64,000 nucleotides of DNA from assembly GCA_000934665.2 (NCBI GenBank), contig KZ538051.1:1-64000 (forward strand). Reading direction: 5' to 3'. Under the pieces are notes generated by a model. The model searched no databases, had not been told where the DNA came from, and saw only the letters and a list, made by a program, of their open reading frames with translations. Of the stretch, positions 18,828 to 30,290 are shown piece after piece. The translations under genes were made by a program, and so were the position numbers. The stretch comes from Catajapyx aquilonaris (lineage: Eukaryota). Numbering within the stretch: position 1 is the stretch's first letter; each line of letters opens with the position of its first letter.

Positions 18828-19018
18828 CTTGGATTCGAAATTCGCCATTTCTAGAGACGCTTCGAACGATTGGGGCCGAAAGTAGCATAGCTGAACGAAA
18901 TGGAACATAAGCGGGTTTAATGCAGCTATAGCCGTGACTGTCATTTAGCCGCGATTTGTAACGGTACACTGATGATGATTATTAAATATTATTAAATTAT
19001 TATTATTATTATTCAGAG
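18828..19018. promoter_or_regulatory. Putative bidirectional promoter between KAT8 and the LRR gene
   Basis: The two start codons point away from each other only 191 bp apart; the interval contains an AT-rich (TTA)n-like tract. Confidence 0.55.
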
Positions 19019-21154
19019 ATGCCCAGGAAGAGGCAAGCGCCGTTGCTGGAGTTGCTGTGCATGAGCTACATCGTCGACAGGGTGCTTCAGCTTGTCGAGT
19101 CCCATAGCGGAGACCAGATACGTGCGATCGTGGAGGATATACCGCAGCATCTGGCCAACCGGTACGTGGCCGTCTTGATTCTCGGGGCGTCCCAGAGGAG
19201 ATGGGACTTCCCGGCGGGAGTGGAACTGAGAGACGCGTTTCACCCCATGTGCGACACCATCTGCTGGAGCCAGGAGGAAGACGAGACGCCGTTCATGCAC
19301 GAGCACCACGTCCTGCGACAGCTCTTCGTCAACCTGGACACGATGCCCGAACTGACGGTCCTGAACGTGGAGATGCCGCAGCACCTCCTGCACGTAGTCG
19401 ACGTGGACTACCAGGCCATGTCGAATGGCATAAGGTGTCTCAGCAAGTTGCGGTTCGTTCAGGTGCGGCGTTTGGACGTTAATGGTATAACCTAACCTAA
19501 CCTTAAAGGGACACTTCACTCAAAAAACAAGTTAGGCTCTAAAAATCGGGCAAAAAATCCTGAATCCAAATGTGCAATCCGTTTTTTGCTACGCGGAACG
19601 GTAATCCCAGGGCGAGTGGTCAAAATGGGGGAAATTCAAATAGTGCGCTAGAAGCTGGCCGTCCGCCAGCGACGCCCTCGGGACCTCGGGAACTGGAGGG
19701 CTGCTCCCGCCTGACCGCGCGCTTATAGGCCCATCACAGAGCGGTGCAGCCCTCCAGTTCCCCTGTTCCCCGCGTGGCACCGCCGCTCATTAGCAGACGA
19801 CACACTTTGACACCTCGCCCTGGGATTACCGTTCCGCGTAGCGAAAAACGAATTGCACCGTCGGATTCAGGATTTTTTGCCATATTTTTAGAGCCAAACT
19901 TGTTTTATTGAGTGGAGTGTCCCTTTAACCTTGACCTTACAATAATTTATAGATGCCGGTTGTAATTCCGGAAGCTTCTGAAGTGATCGAAGCCGCTTCG
20001 CAGTGCCTGTCGCGACTCCAGGAGATTGTCCTGATCGGCTGCGTCGCTCCGGAGCACCTTCGCGTCCTGGCCAACTGCTCGAACCTCCGGACAGTCCTGG
20101 TCGTTTGTCCCAATATGTCCGGAGAGGATGCGATTTACATGCTGGACAACCTTCCGCTTCTGGATAGCTTCAGCGTGCATAACGTCAGGAGCGTGCTGCC
20201 ATTGTGCCAAAGAGCGTATCCGCTAAAAGACATGCTGGACTTGGCCGTGGTGGAATCGCATCTTATCCAGAAGCTCGTCCAGTCCTTCCCGTCCCTGAAG
20301 AAGCTGCGGCTGCGTCGGTCCGATACCGACAACGTGGCCGACATTAACAGTCTGGTCGGGCTGGAGAACTTCGGGATCAAGTTCGTGCCTGAACAAGACG
20401 CGTCGGTACTCTCGACGTTGGAGCCCACTTTCGCTCGTGTGGCCATACTGACTATCATAGGCATCACAGGGTTCGAAAGGGCGTTAGGCTGCATGGCGCC
20501 CAATCTTTCAACTCTCAACATCGCTACCTGTACCGGCGTCAACCTCGAGTGCATCGCCAACACGTGTCCGAATTTGACTGAATTCCGTACCTTCGAAATT
20601 GAGGTTAGTATAATATTATACGTGCAAGTAGCCTACGTGCAGAGATGACCTGCAATTCAACCTGAACTTTCCAGGTGACCCCGATGTCTCACAGCCCACC
20701 TGCATCGGCGTTTCGAAATCTCCGGCTTGTGGAACTGTACGGTTCAGACACCGTAACAAGCGACCACGTCATGTTCGTCCTGTCCAGCTGTCCCGACCTG
20801 GTATCCCTGGACGCTGGTTGCGACTGCATCGACGAGCTTCTGGTCTCGAGGCTGCTCGATGCCAACCCAATGGACGAACTGAACGCCCTGAAGATCATGA
20901 GCAACGGTCTGACCAACGTATTGTCCATCCTGGGCATCATATTCAAGAACTTCCCCTCGTTGAGGGCAGTGGACTTGTCCGGAAGCCAGATGACCGACCT
21001 GACCCCAGAAGAGAGGCTGCAGATCTTAGAGATGATGGAAGACTTTGATTCGATATATGTGAAAGTTAGGGGCGATATCATATCTCCGAGGACCAGTTTT
21101 GACGAGATCACTCAGTTATCTTCTCTAGACTCTGTACTACTTAACGTAGAATAA
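19019..21154 (+). CDS. Leucine-rich-repeat protein (RNI/F-box-LRR-like repeats) with N-terminal BC-box-like motif, ~524 aa, 3 exons
   Basis: Exons 19019-19462, 19953-20603 and 20675-21154; GT-AG, phase 0. Repeated LxxL motifs (CSNLRTVLV, FPSLKKLRL, APNLSTLNI, CPNLTEF, CPDLVSLDA, FPSLRAVDLSG). N-terminus MPRKRQAPLLELLCMSYIV...IPQHLANRYVAVL. Confidence 0.8.
19507..19924. mobile_element. Kolobok-like MITE (418 bp) filling most of LRR-gene intron 1
   Basis: TTAA|AGGGACACTTCACTCAA ... TTGAGTGGAGTGTCCCT|TTAA. Imperfect TIRs of ~110 bp include GCTACGCGGAACGGTAATCCCAGGGCGAG / CTCGCCCTGGGATTACCGTTCCGCGTAGC. AGG termini with TTAA TSD fit Kolobok rather than piggyBac. Confidence 0.85.
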
Positions 21155-21269
21155 ATTTCGTAAGAACCGCATTGACTGCGAGTCCAAATATCTCCACTAG
21201 TGTGTGCCACTAGCGTGTGAAGAGTGGCTCCAACTATCGCCAGCACGTAGAGTCGTGTGGTACTATTTT

Positions 21270-21965
21270 GAAAAAAATTGAGTACAAATAGTAGCATTTA
21301 GCAGATATTGAAAAACCAGACCTGACAAATAAATGCTATGGATAAGCTAATATTGGCTATAAAAAATTATAATGTGGCTAAATAAACGTTTGTGTCCGCA
21401 CAAACGCCGTTTAAAATTTTTCATATCAACATTTGAAATTTGAAAAAATGTGTACAAATAAGTGCTCATATTGTAAATATCAAAAACCAGACATGGCACA
21501 TAAATGCTATGGATAAGCTAACATTGTCTATAAAAAATTTAATTTGGCTAATTAAACGTCTGTGTCCTCACAAACGCCGTTTAACATTTTTCATATAAAA
21601 AATTCAGATTAAAAATGATCTAAACATTTGCACATTTGAAAAATAAGTACAAATAAGTAGCATTATGCAAATATTGAAGACCAGACATATGGCACATAAA
21701 TGTTATCCATGGATAAGATAACTACTCAAACGCGTTTAACATTTTTCATATTAAAAATTAAATAAAATATTTGAACATTTGAACACGTGAAAAAAATTTG
21801 TAGGCCTACCGCTACAAATAAGTAGCATTATAGCCAAATATTTAAAAACCAGACCTGGTGGCACATAAGTGCTATGAATAAGAGAACATTACACTGGCTA
21901 TAAAATTATAATTGGCCTAAATCGCTCTCAAACGCGTTTTAATATTTTCAGATAAAAATTCATAT
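21270..21965. repeat. Diverged tandem repeat, ~4 units of ~170-195 bp
   Basis: The motif GTACAAATA(A)GTAGCATT...AAAACCAGAC(A/C)TGGCACATAAATGCTATGGATAAG...CAAACGC(C)GTTTAA.ATTTTTCATAT recurs at ~21312, 21483, 21678 and 21845. Confidence 0.85.
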
Positions 21966-23724
21966 TTAAAACGACAAAAACATCTAGGCAAAACACTGGA
22001 AACGAGCTTTTTTTTGGATCATCTTTTGCGCCATTGAATGCATGGATGACATGACACATTTTTATCACATTGGCCGCACAATTTTTTTTGCGACATCTGC
22101 TAGTGGCATTTAAATTATGCTGTCACAGCACAGTGCAGATAACTCATATGACGTTGATTACTCTGTGGTGGTGGGGGAGCTCTAGTTTTTTCCCAAAAAA
22201 AGCTTTTCACACACCATATTCACGTGTGTTCGCGTTTGCAATTTTTTTAACAAATTAGAAGTCACACCCTTGTTGACTTAATGAGTTCAGCAGTAATTCT
22301 GCCATATTCTGGTTGGCATATAGTCTGATATGCTCTGACAAAATTTTGCGTCGCAATTTTTTTTTCGCATATTGATGAACCCAAACTGTCATTAGCAGCC
22401 GCATGAATGATGAGGATTTGCACGTGTAATCACTGCGTACATACTGGTCGTTCAACTTGCGTTATAATTACATATAGCCAGAATTTGAGTCGTGTAATTA
22501 ACTTGTGATGAAAGTGCGAAGCTGACTTTGAAAACAGCAAGCTTGGGTCATAGATCTGTTACATACAAGTATAAAATAAATCTGTAACATTTTCCTTTCC
22601 AATAATTATGAAAAATCAGGAAAATAATTACCATCATGATCTTGGACCGTGCGGCGTAATTATATAATTCAATGTAGATTATCGCAAAAAACTGTACAAC
22701 AACACAGGTATGTGTTATGCTCACATATGTTCCGTAGAGCAAAACATTGCTATTTACACAGGAACAAAATGATTACTCCCGCATTACAGGTGTACTTGCT
22801 ACACACAATGCAGAATTTTCTAACAGTCCTGCATAATATACTCTTACATGTGCATCTCATTAGCACGGAGTGTTCTGCAATTTGTAATATAATGTATGAA
22901 TTTTATTTCTCGATAGGTGGCCTCTCAAGGTGAATAAACGTTTGAGCAAATGCAAAAAGGTGCAATTTTAATAACAAGTACTGAGCAATGACGTCGGTTT
23001 CAGCATGGAGGCCAAATATTGTGTTGTTATGCTGCTCTATCCTACAGTAGGTGCTCACACACTTTATCATGTGTGTGTACTTAGAGCATGAGGATGTCTC
23101 TGGTCGAATACAAAAGGGCATTGTCATCAGAAACAGGACCGGATGTTGCCAAAGTCTGCTTTTTTTTCAAAACTGGCAACATTGTCGACATCATAGAGGG
23201 AAAAGATGTCTGCTTACAGAATAATACAATATAGCTAAGCCCTGCACCTGTTCTGCACAGAGGGGTTTATCCCTCTGATGACAGACCTGCCATATGTGCT
23301 GCACGTAATTCCTTCCCTTCCTTGCTTTTCGATGTACGGATCAAGGCAAGTTTAGCCCCCTGTATAGTGCATAGCCATGGTACTGGCGGTGTCGGAAAAT
23401 GGACGCCAAGCACCGGAGCCGACGTCTCAATGCGACGATTAAGCCTACACATGACCAGATTGTGAGTACACATATTGCATAACATTTCTGACAAAGTCTC
23501 GTGTGATACTTCCATCACCACACCTATAAATTCAAACATTACTAATAATAAGTTTCAGGACTCTCAATAGACTGAAAGTGGGTTAAGTAGTGACATACAT
23601 ACATCACTATGTACAGTTGAATCCGGATGTATGACTTCAAGGGAGCGAGGAAAAATGTCTGTTCTAGCCTAATCGCCACTTTTGCAAGGTACAAAATTTC
23701 CCATTGTTGCACATACAGGCGGCG

Positions 23725-26700
23725 ATGTCACGATTGGTGACATTGAACCTGCTCCTGCCGCATCGCTACCAACAGCACGTAGCATCCACGACAACTCTTC
23801 GTCCGGACAGCAGCTCTGTGTCCACGGAGGATCACACGAAGTCACTGATCGCGAGGATGGGTTGGGTGATGACCCTGGTGGTGTCCGGAGCGGTGACCCT
23901 TGTGCTGATGTCACTGGTGTCTCTTTGCTTGGTCATTCTGTGGAGGCGATGGAGGAGGAGGAAGACAAGGGTGGTCCTCTTCAGGAGAGGGGACACCAGA
24001 GTGGATAGTCTTCTGTCCAGGAGTCCCAGCCAGAATGTGATCAGGAGTGACCATCCCATAGCTTTCATCCTGCCCACAGTGAGTGTTCAAGCAGAGAGCA
24101 TATACTACATAAGAGGCGCAAACTTCGGTCAGCGCCATTGATTTCCGCGTCTCTTATGTAGTATATGCTCCCTGGTTCAAGTGTGTATTTGAAAGAAGTG
24201 AAGGTAATGTTGATAATAATTACCAAACAGGTACCAGTTGAAGCAATAACGAGAGCGACGTGCAGCCAGGACCAGCAGGGTGCTACGAGGACCAGCGTCA
24301 TTCGGAGGTCAAACAGCGCTGATGACGTGCTTGGTTCGTCACATTCTCACAATGGCGGACACTCTTCGTCCTCGCTCACCAGGCAATGGAGCATGGAGAN
24401 TTGCCCACACTTCAAAATGGCCGCCAGCCTTGGCAACGGCCCCAAACAGAGAGACGCGGAAATCGAACGTTTGCGTCTCTTATGTAGTATATGCTCCCTG
24501 GTTCAAGTGTGTATTTGAAAGAAGTGAAGGTAATATTGATAATAATTACCAAACAGGTACCAGTTGAAGCAATAACGAGAGCGACGTGCAGCCAGGACCA
24601 GCAGGGTGCTACGAGGACCAGCGTCATTCGGAGGTCAAACAGCGCTGATGACGTGCTTGGTTCGTCACATTCTCACAATGGCGGACACTCTTCGTCCTCG
24701 CTCACCAGGCAATGGAGCATGGAGAGATTCGCAATTGACCCTCACGAAATACAAGCTCGACTCTACCAGAACCCGCCTGAAATAGGTTACGCCCCTATTT
24801 ATTAATCATGCCTAGAATGATTGGTTTGGATCTGTGACTCTGTCCGCGGTGAGTCATCAGTAGTGTGCGCGATCTATGTGAGAGATTTGGCACTGCACTA
24901 CAGCTACAGATGAATTCTTCTACGAGCGCAACCGAGTGCGCACCACAATTTGCGCTGCGTGCAGGGTTAAAATTATCAATGATAGCTGGTAAGCTCTGTA
25001 TAGTTAGTGAACTGCGATGCACGTATTTCCAACACTAGGCCTACTCTTGGGGGAACAAAATGGCTTACGTTTGCGACGCTGCCAAGGCTCTGGAATGAAC
25101 CTCAGAGGACGAGATAATATATTTTTGGCTCCTGCTGGGAGCAACTTTGGCAACATTGTTGTCTGAACAATGGAGCTGCGCGAGTGTGGGTGCGCACTCG
25201 GTTGCCCTGGTTAAGAAATTATTTTTTGTGTGTGCAGAAAGGGAGGGTGAGCCATCTACGTGAACGATTTGGTACTGCAGTACCGGTATGACTGGCATGA
25301 AATTAAATTTTAACACTTCTTTCCTTCCAGATGCGAATAAGAAGCCTCGTGTCGGTTTCGGTCTGTACTACGATAGCGACAACGAGATCCTGTACGTTCG
25401 GGTGCTGGGAGCTCACAACCTTCCGTCCGGTACTCGTCGCGGTTGCGTCAATCCTTACGCGAAGGTGAATTTGGTCCCTGGAAGATTCCGGAAGCAGACG
25501 ACGAGGGTCAAACGAAACACGACCAACCCTGTGTTCAACGACGAGTTCAGCTTCGGGGTCAAGAGGCATCTGCTGGACAACAAGTTCCTCAAGATCAAGA
25601 TCTTCGACTTCGATAGGGTCATGAAGGAGACACCATTGGGACACGTGGTGTACCCGATAAAGGAGTCCGGATTGGTCAAGGCGACCGGTCCACAAGGAGC
25701 GGTTGGAACCACTGATATCTGGAAGACTCTTGAGGAATCACAACACAAGACAGAGTCGGCCAACGTGTCCACCGACAGCGACACTAACGTGAGTAGGCCA
25801 AGAGTGACCTATTCCCGTCTGAATGAACTTTTTGTTCCCAGCAGGGTCATCTAGGTCAGCGAGGTCAGTTACAAATAGGTCTTCGGTACGACGACATCCC
25901 ACCTCCTGGAGCCCTGACCTTGCAGGTGGTACAAGCCAAGGACCTCAGTTTGGCCACACACGACAAGAAATTCGGTAAAAACTAGCGAATCATGCGAGCG
26001 TGATTCGAGTAGACTTATTAGACACTAACGACATACGGTATATTTTCTATTCCCATTTCCCGTTGACAAGGAACCCATGGCAACTACAGTATTTTAAACC
26101 AAAGAAACGACCTGACGTCACACCAGCGTGTTTTCTAAGCATGCGCAGTAGTAATCTTGCAGAGCGATTCGTGATCATGATTGGAGGGAAGAGCCGGGTG
26201 GAGGAGGGATTGAACGTGACGTAGTCACATCGTTCTTTAGTTTAACGACGCACTGTAATTTCTAAATAATGCCACTTGATCTTGGTGGATACAATGAACC
26301 CGGAAAACCGGAAGTAGGCCATGGAACCTGTTTAAGGTACGCTGAATCCGAATCCGAAAACCGCTTGTCTCTATCTCTTGCTGTTTAGGCCCTGATACCT
26401 GTCCACGGACGGACAGACGGACAGGGTCGTTCTATAAGATTTTTTTTTTCGATGAGAAACACTTACTGAAAATGACACCTGACTTTGTAAGACACTGTAA
26501 TGTTTCCAGCTGCGGTGTACGTGAAGGTGACAGTCCTGGAGAAACAGCAGGCGGTGAAAGCCAAGAAGACTCGAGTGGTACGTCGTTCGTCCAGGCCAAT
26601 CTTCGACGACACGTTCAATATCCAGCTTCCTCCAGCTTATTTGTCGGAGGTCAATTTCATCTTCCACGTCTTCTCTAAAACCAGGCTCGGTAAGCATCAA

Positions 26701-26890
26701 ACGCTGTTTGATTTTCCTGATTGGCTTGATTGACTGGAATAAACTCTTCTTGTGTATAGGTTCCAAGTCTCTGTTGGGATCTACGTCGTTGGGTCCTGTC
26801 CCGTACGTGTCCGGTCCTGGTGTTGACCACTGGGACGAAATGACGCATCAGAAAGGTCGAGACGTTCTCCGATGGCATCACTTGTCTTGA
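23725..26890 (+). CDS. Synaptotagmin-15-like protein (TM plus tandem C2 domains), ~493 aa
   Basis: Exons ~23719/23725-24078 (TM WVMTLVVSGAVTLVLMSLVSLCLVILW followed by RRWRRRK), 24557-24785, 25331-25788 (C2A: NPYAKVNLVP...TTNPVFNDEFSF...IFDFDR), 25842/25845-25974, 26510-26689 and 26760-26890 (C2B end GVDHWDEMTHQKGRDVLRWHHL). GT-AG and phase-consistent. The start codon is uncertain; the SYT15 resemblance is recalled from the C-terminal motif. Confidence 0.85.
24092..24174. mobile_element. 83-bp internally deleted P-element-like MITE, 13 bp downstream of a synaptotagmin splice donor
   Basis: GTTCAAG|CAGAGAGCATATACTACATAAGAGGCGC ... GCGTCTCTTATGTAGTATATGCTCCCTG|GTTCAAG: 7-bp TSD, CA...TG ends. 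Same family as 39998-40364. Confidence 0.85.
24146..24725 (+). other. Near-identical ~250-bp direct duplication (intron end plus exon) split by a single N at 24400; probable haplotype/contig-overlap artefact
   Basis: ~24146-24399 is repeated almost exactly at ~24473-24725. The first copy stops mid-exon at the N; the second is preceded by a longer part of the same MITE. Confidence 0.75.
24923..25210. mobile_element. mariner-like MITE in synaptotagmin intron; family copies at ~47022-47100 and ~58422-58515
   Basis: TA|CGAGCGCAACCGAGTGCGCACC ... GGTGCGCACTCGGTTGCCCTGG. The left part matches TACGAGCCCAACCGATTGCGCAC...AATTATCAATGATAG at 47022. The right part (reverse complement) matches TACAAGCTCAACCGAGTGCGCAGCTC...GTTGCCAGAG at 58422. 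Confidence 0.65.
26336..26424. repeat. Dispersed repeat with (GTCC/GTCT)n microsatellite, DINE-1/Helentron-like; inverted copy at ~58045-58150
   Basis: ATCCGAAAAC...GTTTAGGCCCTGATACCTGTCCACGGACGGACAGACGGAC is the reverse complement of GTCCGTCCGTCTGTGGACAGATATCAGGGCCTAAAC...GTTTTCGGATTC at 58060-58140. The class assignment is inference from the GTCY microsatellite. Confidence 0.55.
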
Positions 26891-28071
26891 TGAATGTTAT
26901 TTATGCGGCGATATTCCGTGAGAGAAAGACTAATAAGTTTCTGTGCACAAGAGCTCCAGAGAAAAACATGTTAACTGCCAATGGCGGTCCCGAGTTTTTC
27001 AACTTTCTATAAGAAATTGATTTTATGTGATTACTGAACTGGACAGCCATTCGTCATACCCGAGACAGTAACTGTTTTGGCAGAAAACTGACTCATCATT
27101 AAAATATCAATTTCTATAAAAAATATGAAACTATAACACCGTCATCAGTTGCATAATTTCAAAATACGTTTGGCAAGAACATTTCTGGCATGTTATGCAA
27201 ATTAGGTCATCAAATGAATGAGCCCCAATTGTGCTGTTTACAAATTTTGCAGTAAATCCATTTCTCTTTTTTTTTCGTCTGTCCCTTTTTTTTCGGACAT
27301 AAGCCGCGACTAACCCAGACCCGGAAATGAACCCGATCCTCAAGTGACCCGTAATTTACCTGGCGGCTTCAACAGACAAGTCGGCGCAGGTGGTCTGCAC
27401 TTGTTATATATAAAAAAATGGTAGTCACGTCTAGAGAGAGTCTATAAAGAATCCTTATAAGGCCAAAGGAGTCGGTGGGTTGCAATTAATCGGGTCCTAA
27501 CCAATGGTGGAAACCAGTGCTGACCAGGTCGACAAAAAAAAACACACAGTCCGAAGTTGACCTCAATTCAATTGCGAATAAAACTCTCACGCACTCTTCA
27601 TTTACCGGGGCGGAAAACCCGGCCAACCAACCCCAAGTGAATCAACCGGGCTATTATACAACTTTTGCCAATTTATGCAAGTGCATAGTGTGGGGTTATA
27701 TACTATAAGAGCAAGTTGCGCCTGCTGGAAGGGGAGTTGCGAAATATGCAAAGCAGCCAAAAATTACGGGATGTCTCAATTGGCTGTTGACGAATTCTTG
27801 TCGCAATAGAATTTGCCAGCTGCGAGATGGGATGATGTCACTGAAAAGGATGCAGCTTGCTTTTACACCTAAGTCGACACGATTCGATCTGATGACATTA
27901 CAAGGGTGACCAGCTTGCAAAAATCACGTCCTGGTCATCAGTTTGATGTCACGGGTTCAACGCTCTGATTGGGATCCACCCACACAAAATATGCATTGTC
28001 CAAATGTACAAAATGGTTCAAAATGGTCGTGATTGATTTATGATCAAATGGCGAATTAATGCAAAATTTTA

Positions 28072-28121
<50 letters not shown>
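28072..28121. repeat. (TAA)n microsatellite, ~16 units
   Basis: Uninterrupted AATAATAAT run. Confidence 0.97.
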
Positions 28122-28123
<2 letters not shown>

Positions 28124-28964
28124 GATACCACTAGCTCTTGATACCACGTGATAAGGTCTTCTTAGATCTTTAAGGGGATCATCTTTTCGATGTTCGACTT
28201 CATTAATTTGATTGTGCTGTGATGGATTTTTTTTTTTTGCTTCTGGGAAGAATTGGGAGAAGCCCGAGAAAACCCACGCGAACACGGAGAGAACCCCAAA
28301 AATTCTTAAAGTACAAATGACGTCATCATTGTTAATGAATTTGCACAATTTCCGTGCTATTGGGCAATACGAAGTGTATCAGGTAACGTCAATTATTTAT
28401 TTATTTATTTATTTAATTAATTAATTGAGGCGGCCAGTTTATATCTCTGGATTTGAGTGTATAGGGGTGGGAGGTCAGGCACACGACCTGGTGAAGGGTG
28501 AATTGCCCGATTATAGGGTCGGATCTTGAGTGGATTAGGATGGAAGACAAACCGAAAGAGGGCTTTTGACCCTTGGTTCTGCTGGGCCCCCCTCCACCTT
28601 CCTCCACCTCCCCAACCCCACCCTCTTCCTAACTAAATAAGAGCACTCCAGATGCAGCAGCCCTGGCACATCTCCGGCTATAAAAAGGGGCCATATAAAG
28701 CCCATTTATGTCCCTCGCCACCAAGTTCCTCTCTAGGGATCCCCCCCATCCCTTCTAAGCCCACCCACGAGAAAGGGCACGCATATTATTGGTGTAACTA
28801 CAGGGTGGTGCACTGCCCCATGTACCCCCAAGTTGAAGAACATAGACGGATTGTGTACCCTATATAAATCTATATTTAAACCTAGCAACTAGTTGGAAGC
28901 AACAGTCAGGGTCAATCATTCGCATCAATGTTGCCCCAAGCTGACTCAAAATAGCGCTACTCAG

Positions 28965-29325
28965 ATAATTATGGATCAGCATATAAAATAATTATAGATG
29001 GATAAGAATATAAAATAATAAATTATAAATGGATCAGCATATAAAACATTGGTTATAAATAAACTAAATAAGCCGAATAAAATAAGTTATAAATAAACTA
29101 AATAACCAAATAAAATAAGTTATAAATGGATATGCAGATAAAATCATAATTTTAAATAAATAAGTACGGTATATAAAAGAAGTTATAAATGGATAAGCAA
29201 ATAAAATCATAATTATAAATTAATAGCCAAATAAAATCAGTTATAAATTAATAAGCTATTAAACATTACTTATAAATAAACTGAATATAATAATACTATA
29301 CTAGTTATTAATAAATAACAATAAA
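28965..29325. repeat. Very AT-rich ~30-bp minisatellite
   Basis: Recurring ATAAAAT(A/C)A(G/A)TTATAAAT(GGATAAGCA/AAACTAA) units. Confidence 0.8.
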
Positions 29326-30159
29326 TTCTTGGCTTATAGAAGTTAAATCAACACAAGTCTTCCAGTAAAAACACCAGCCTGTATAGGCTGCTGTATAAAA
29401 AATTATTGCCACCTCAAAATGCCTGCATTATTTAAAAAGGCGGAAATGTCAATCTGGACTCTAGAGCTTAAATACTGTATAATAATGCCACGCATAAATG
29501 ATGTGCAAGGCATTAAAAGTGCGTAGATATACTGTACTTAAGGGAATTGTGTGTTGAGCGAGGTTAACAAACAAAAAGGCTATTATGCTGCATGAATCTA
29601 ATTAAGCCTATACGTCCAGCCCTATTTTAGTCTCTTTTGCCTTGAACTCAAATATTAGTCCTTGCAACTGATTAATTGAACATCACACCTTGTCAACCAT
29701 TGAGATGTTCGAATTATAGGCGTTGACAGGTGGAGAATGCCGCTAATAAAAATGTAGACACATCCAAAGACCATGGAACTGGAGTGGACCGCGCCCGTCA
29801 TCACCATTCACCACTAGGCCTCTGCTGGCCACACCTTTTTTTTTCCTTCTTCTTCTTTCACTCCTTTTTTATTTCCCGTTACTCACTATCATTACCACTT
29901 TCTCTCCTTGAGGCCACCAGACCATCCACAGACTTCCATTCAATAACTGTTATTTTCCAGCAGTGGGATGGCATTGCATCACTCGCTCTTTACTTTGTAC
30001 GGTATAGCCTCTATCGCACAGAATTCAAGAGTCTGTCACTAATCGCAAATTAAGCTGCATTTGCCTAGCTATAAATGGACTGCTACGACCTGTGACACTA
30101 AGTAGCGAACCCACTGCCAAAATGTGGCATCACTGCCCGGCCCGCTCCCCACTTGGACG

Positions 30160-30290
30160 TAGTACGATATGCCACTACCAGTTGGCGCATAAGCTCCTCC
30201 TCTGCACATGTGGTCACTATGATCACTACATGCACCTAGGTGATGGGTCCCCGCGTGCAGGGACAAAGTCACGTCTAGCCAATTCTATAC
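30160..30290 (+). repeat. Dispersed repeat family (core TACATGCACCTAGGTGATG..TC..C.....GGACAAAGTCACG..TAGCCAATTCTAT)
   Basis: Shares CCACTACCAGTTGGCGCATA and CTACATGCACCTAGGTG...AGGGACAAAGTCACG(T/C)CTAGCCAATTCTAT with 45290-45550. Degenerate copies at ~6035-6085 (-), ~24812-24865 (-) and ~38050-38180 (+). Confidence 0.7.

Noticed and set aside
21270..21965. CRISPR-like repeat-spacer array
   Set aside because: Whole units are homologous with no unique spacers, the context is eukaryotic, and there are no cas genes.
24231..24399. Genuine duplicated or mutually exclusive synaptotagmin exon
   Set aside because: Truncated exactly at an N, has no splice donor and is essentially identical to 24557-24725; more likely an assembly or haplotype artefact.
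27938..28348. 136-aa ORF with poly-Tyr
   Set aside because: The poly-Tyr is only the (TAA)n microsatellite read on the minus strand.
28430..28870. 3' end of a LINE on the minus strand (GC-richer island next to an (ATTT)n run)
   Set aside because: Only a weak HLECSY..R resemblance to a zinc-knuckle remnant; no RT motif or TSD found, so not supportable.
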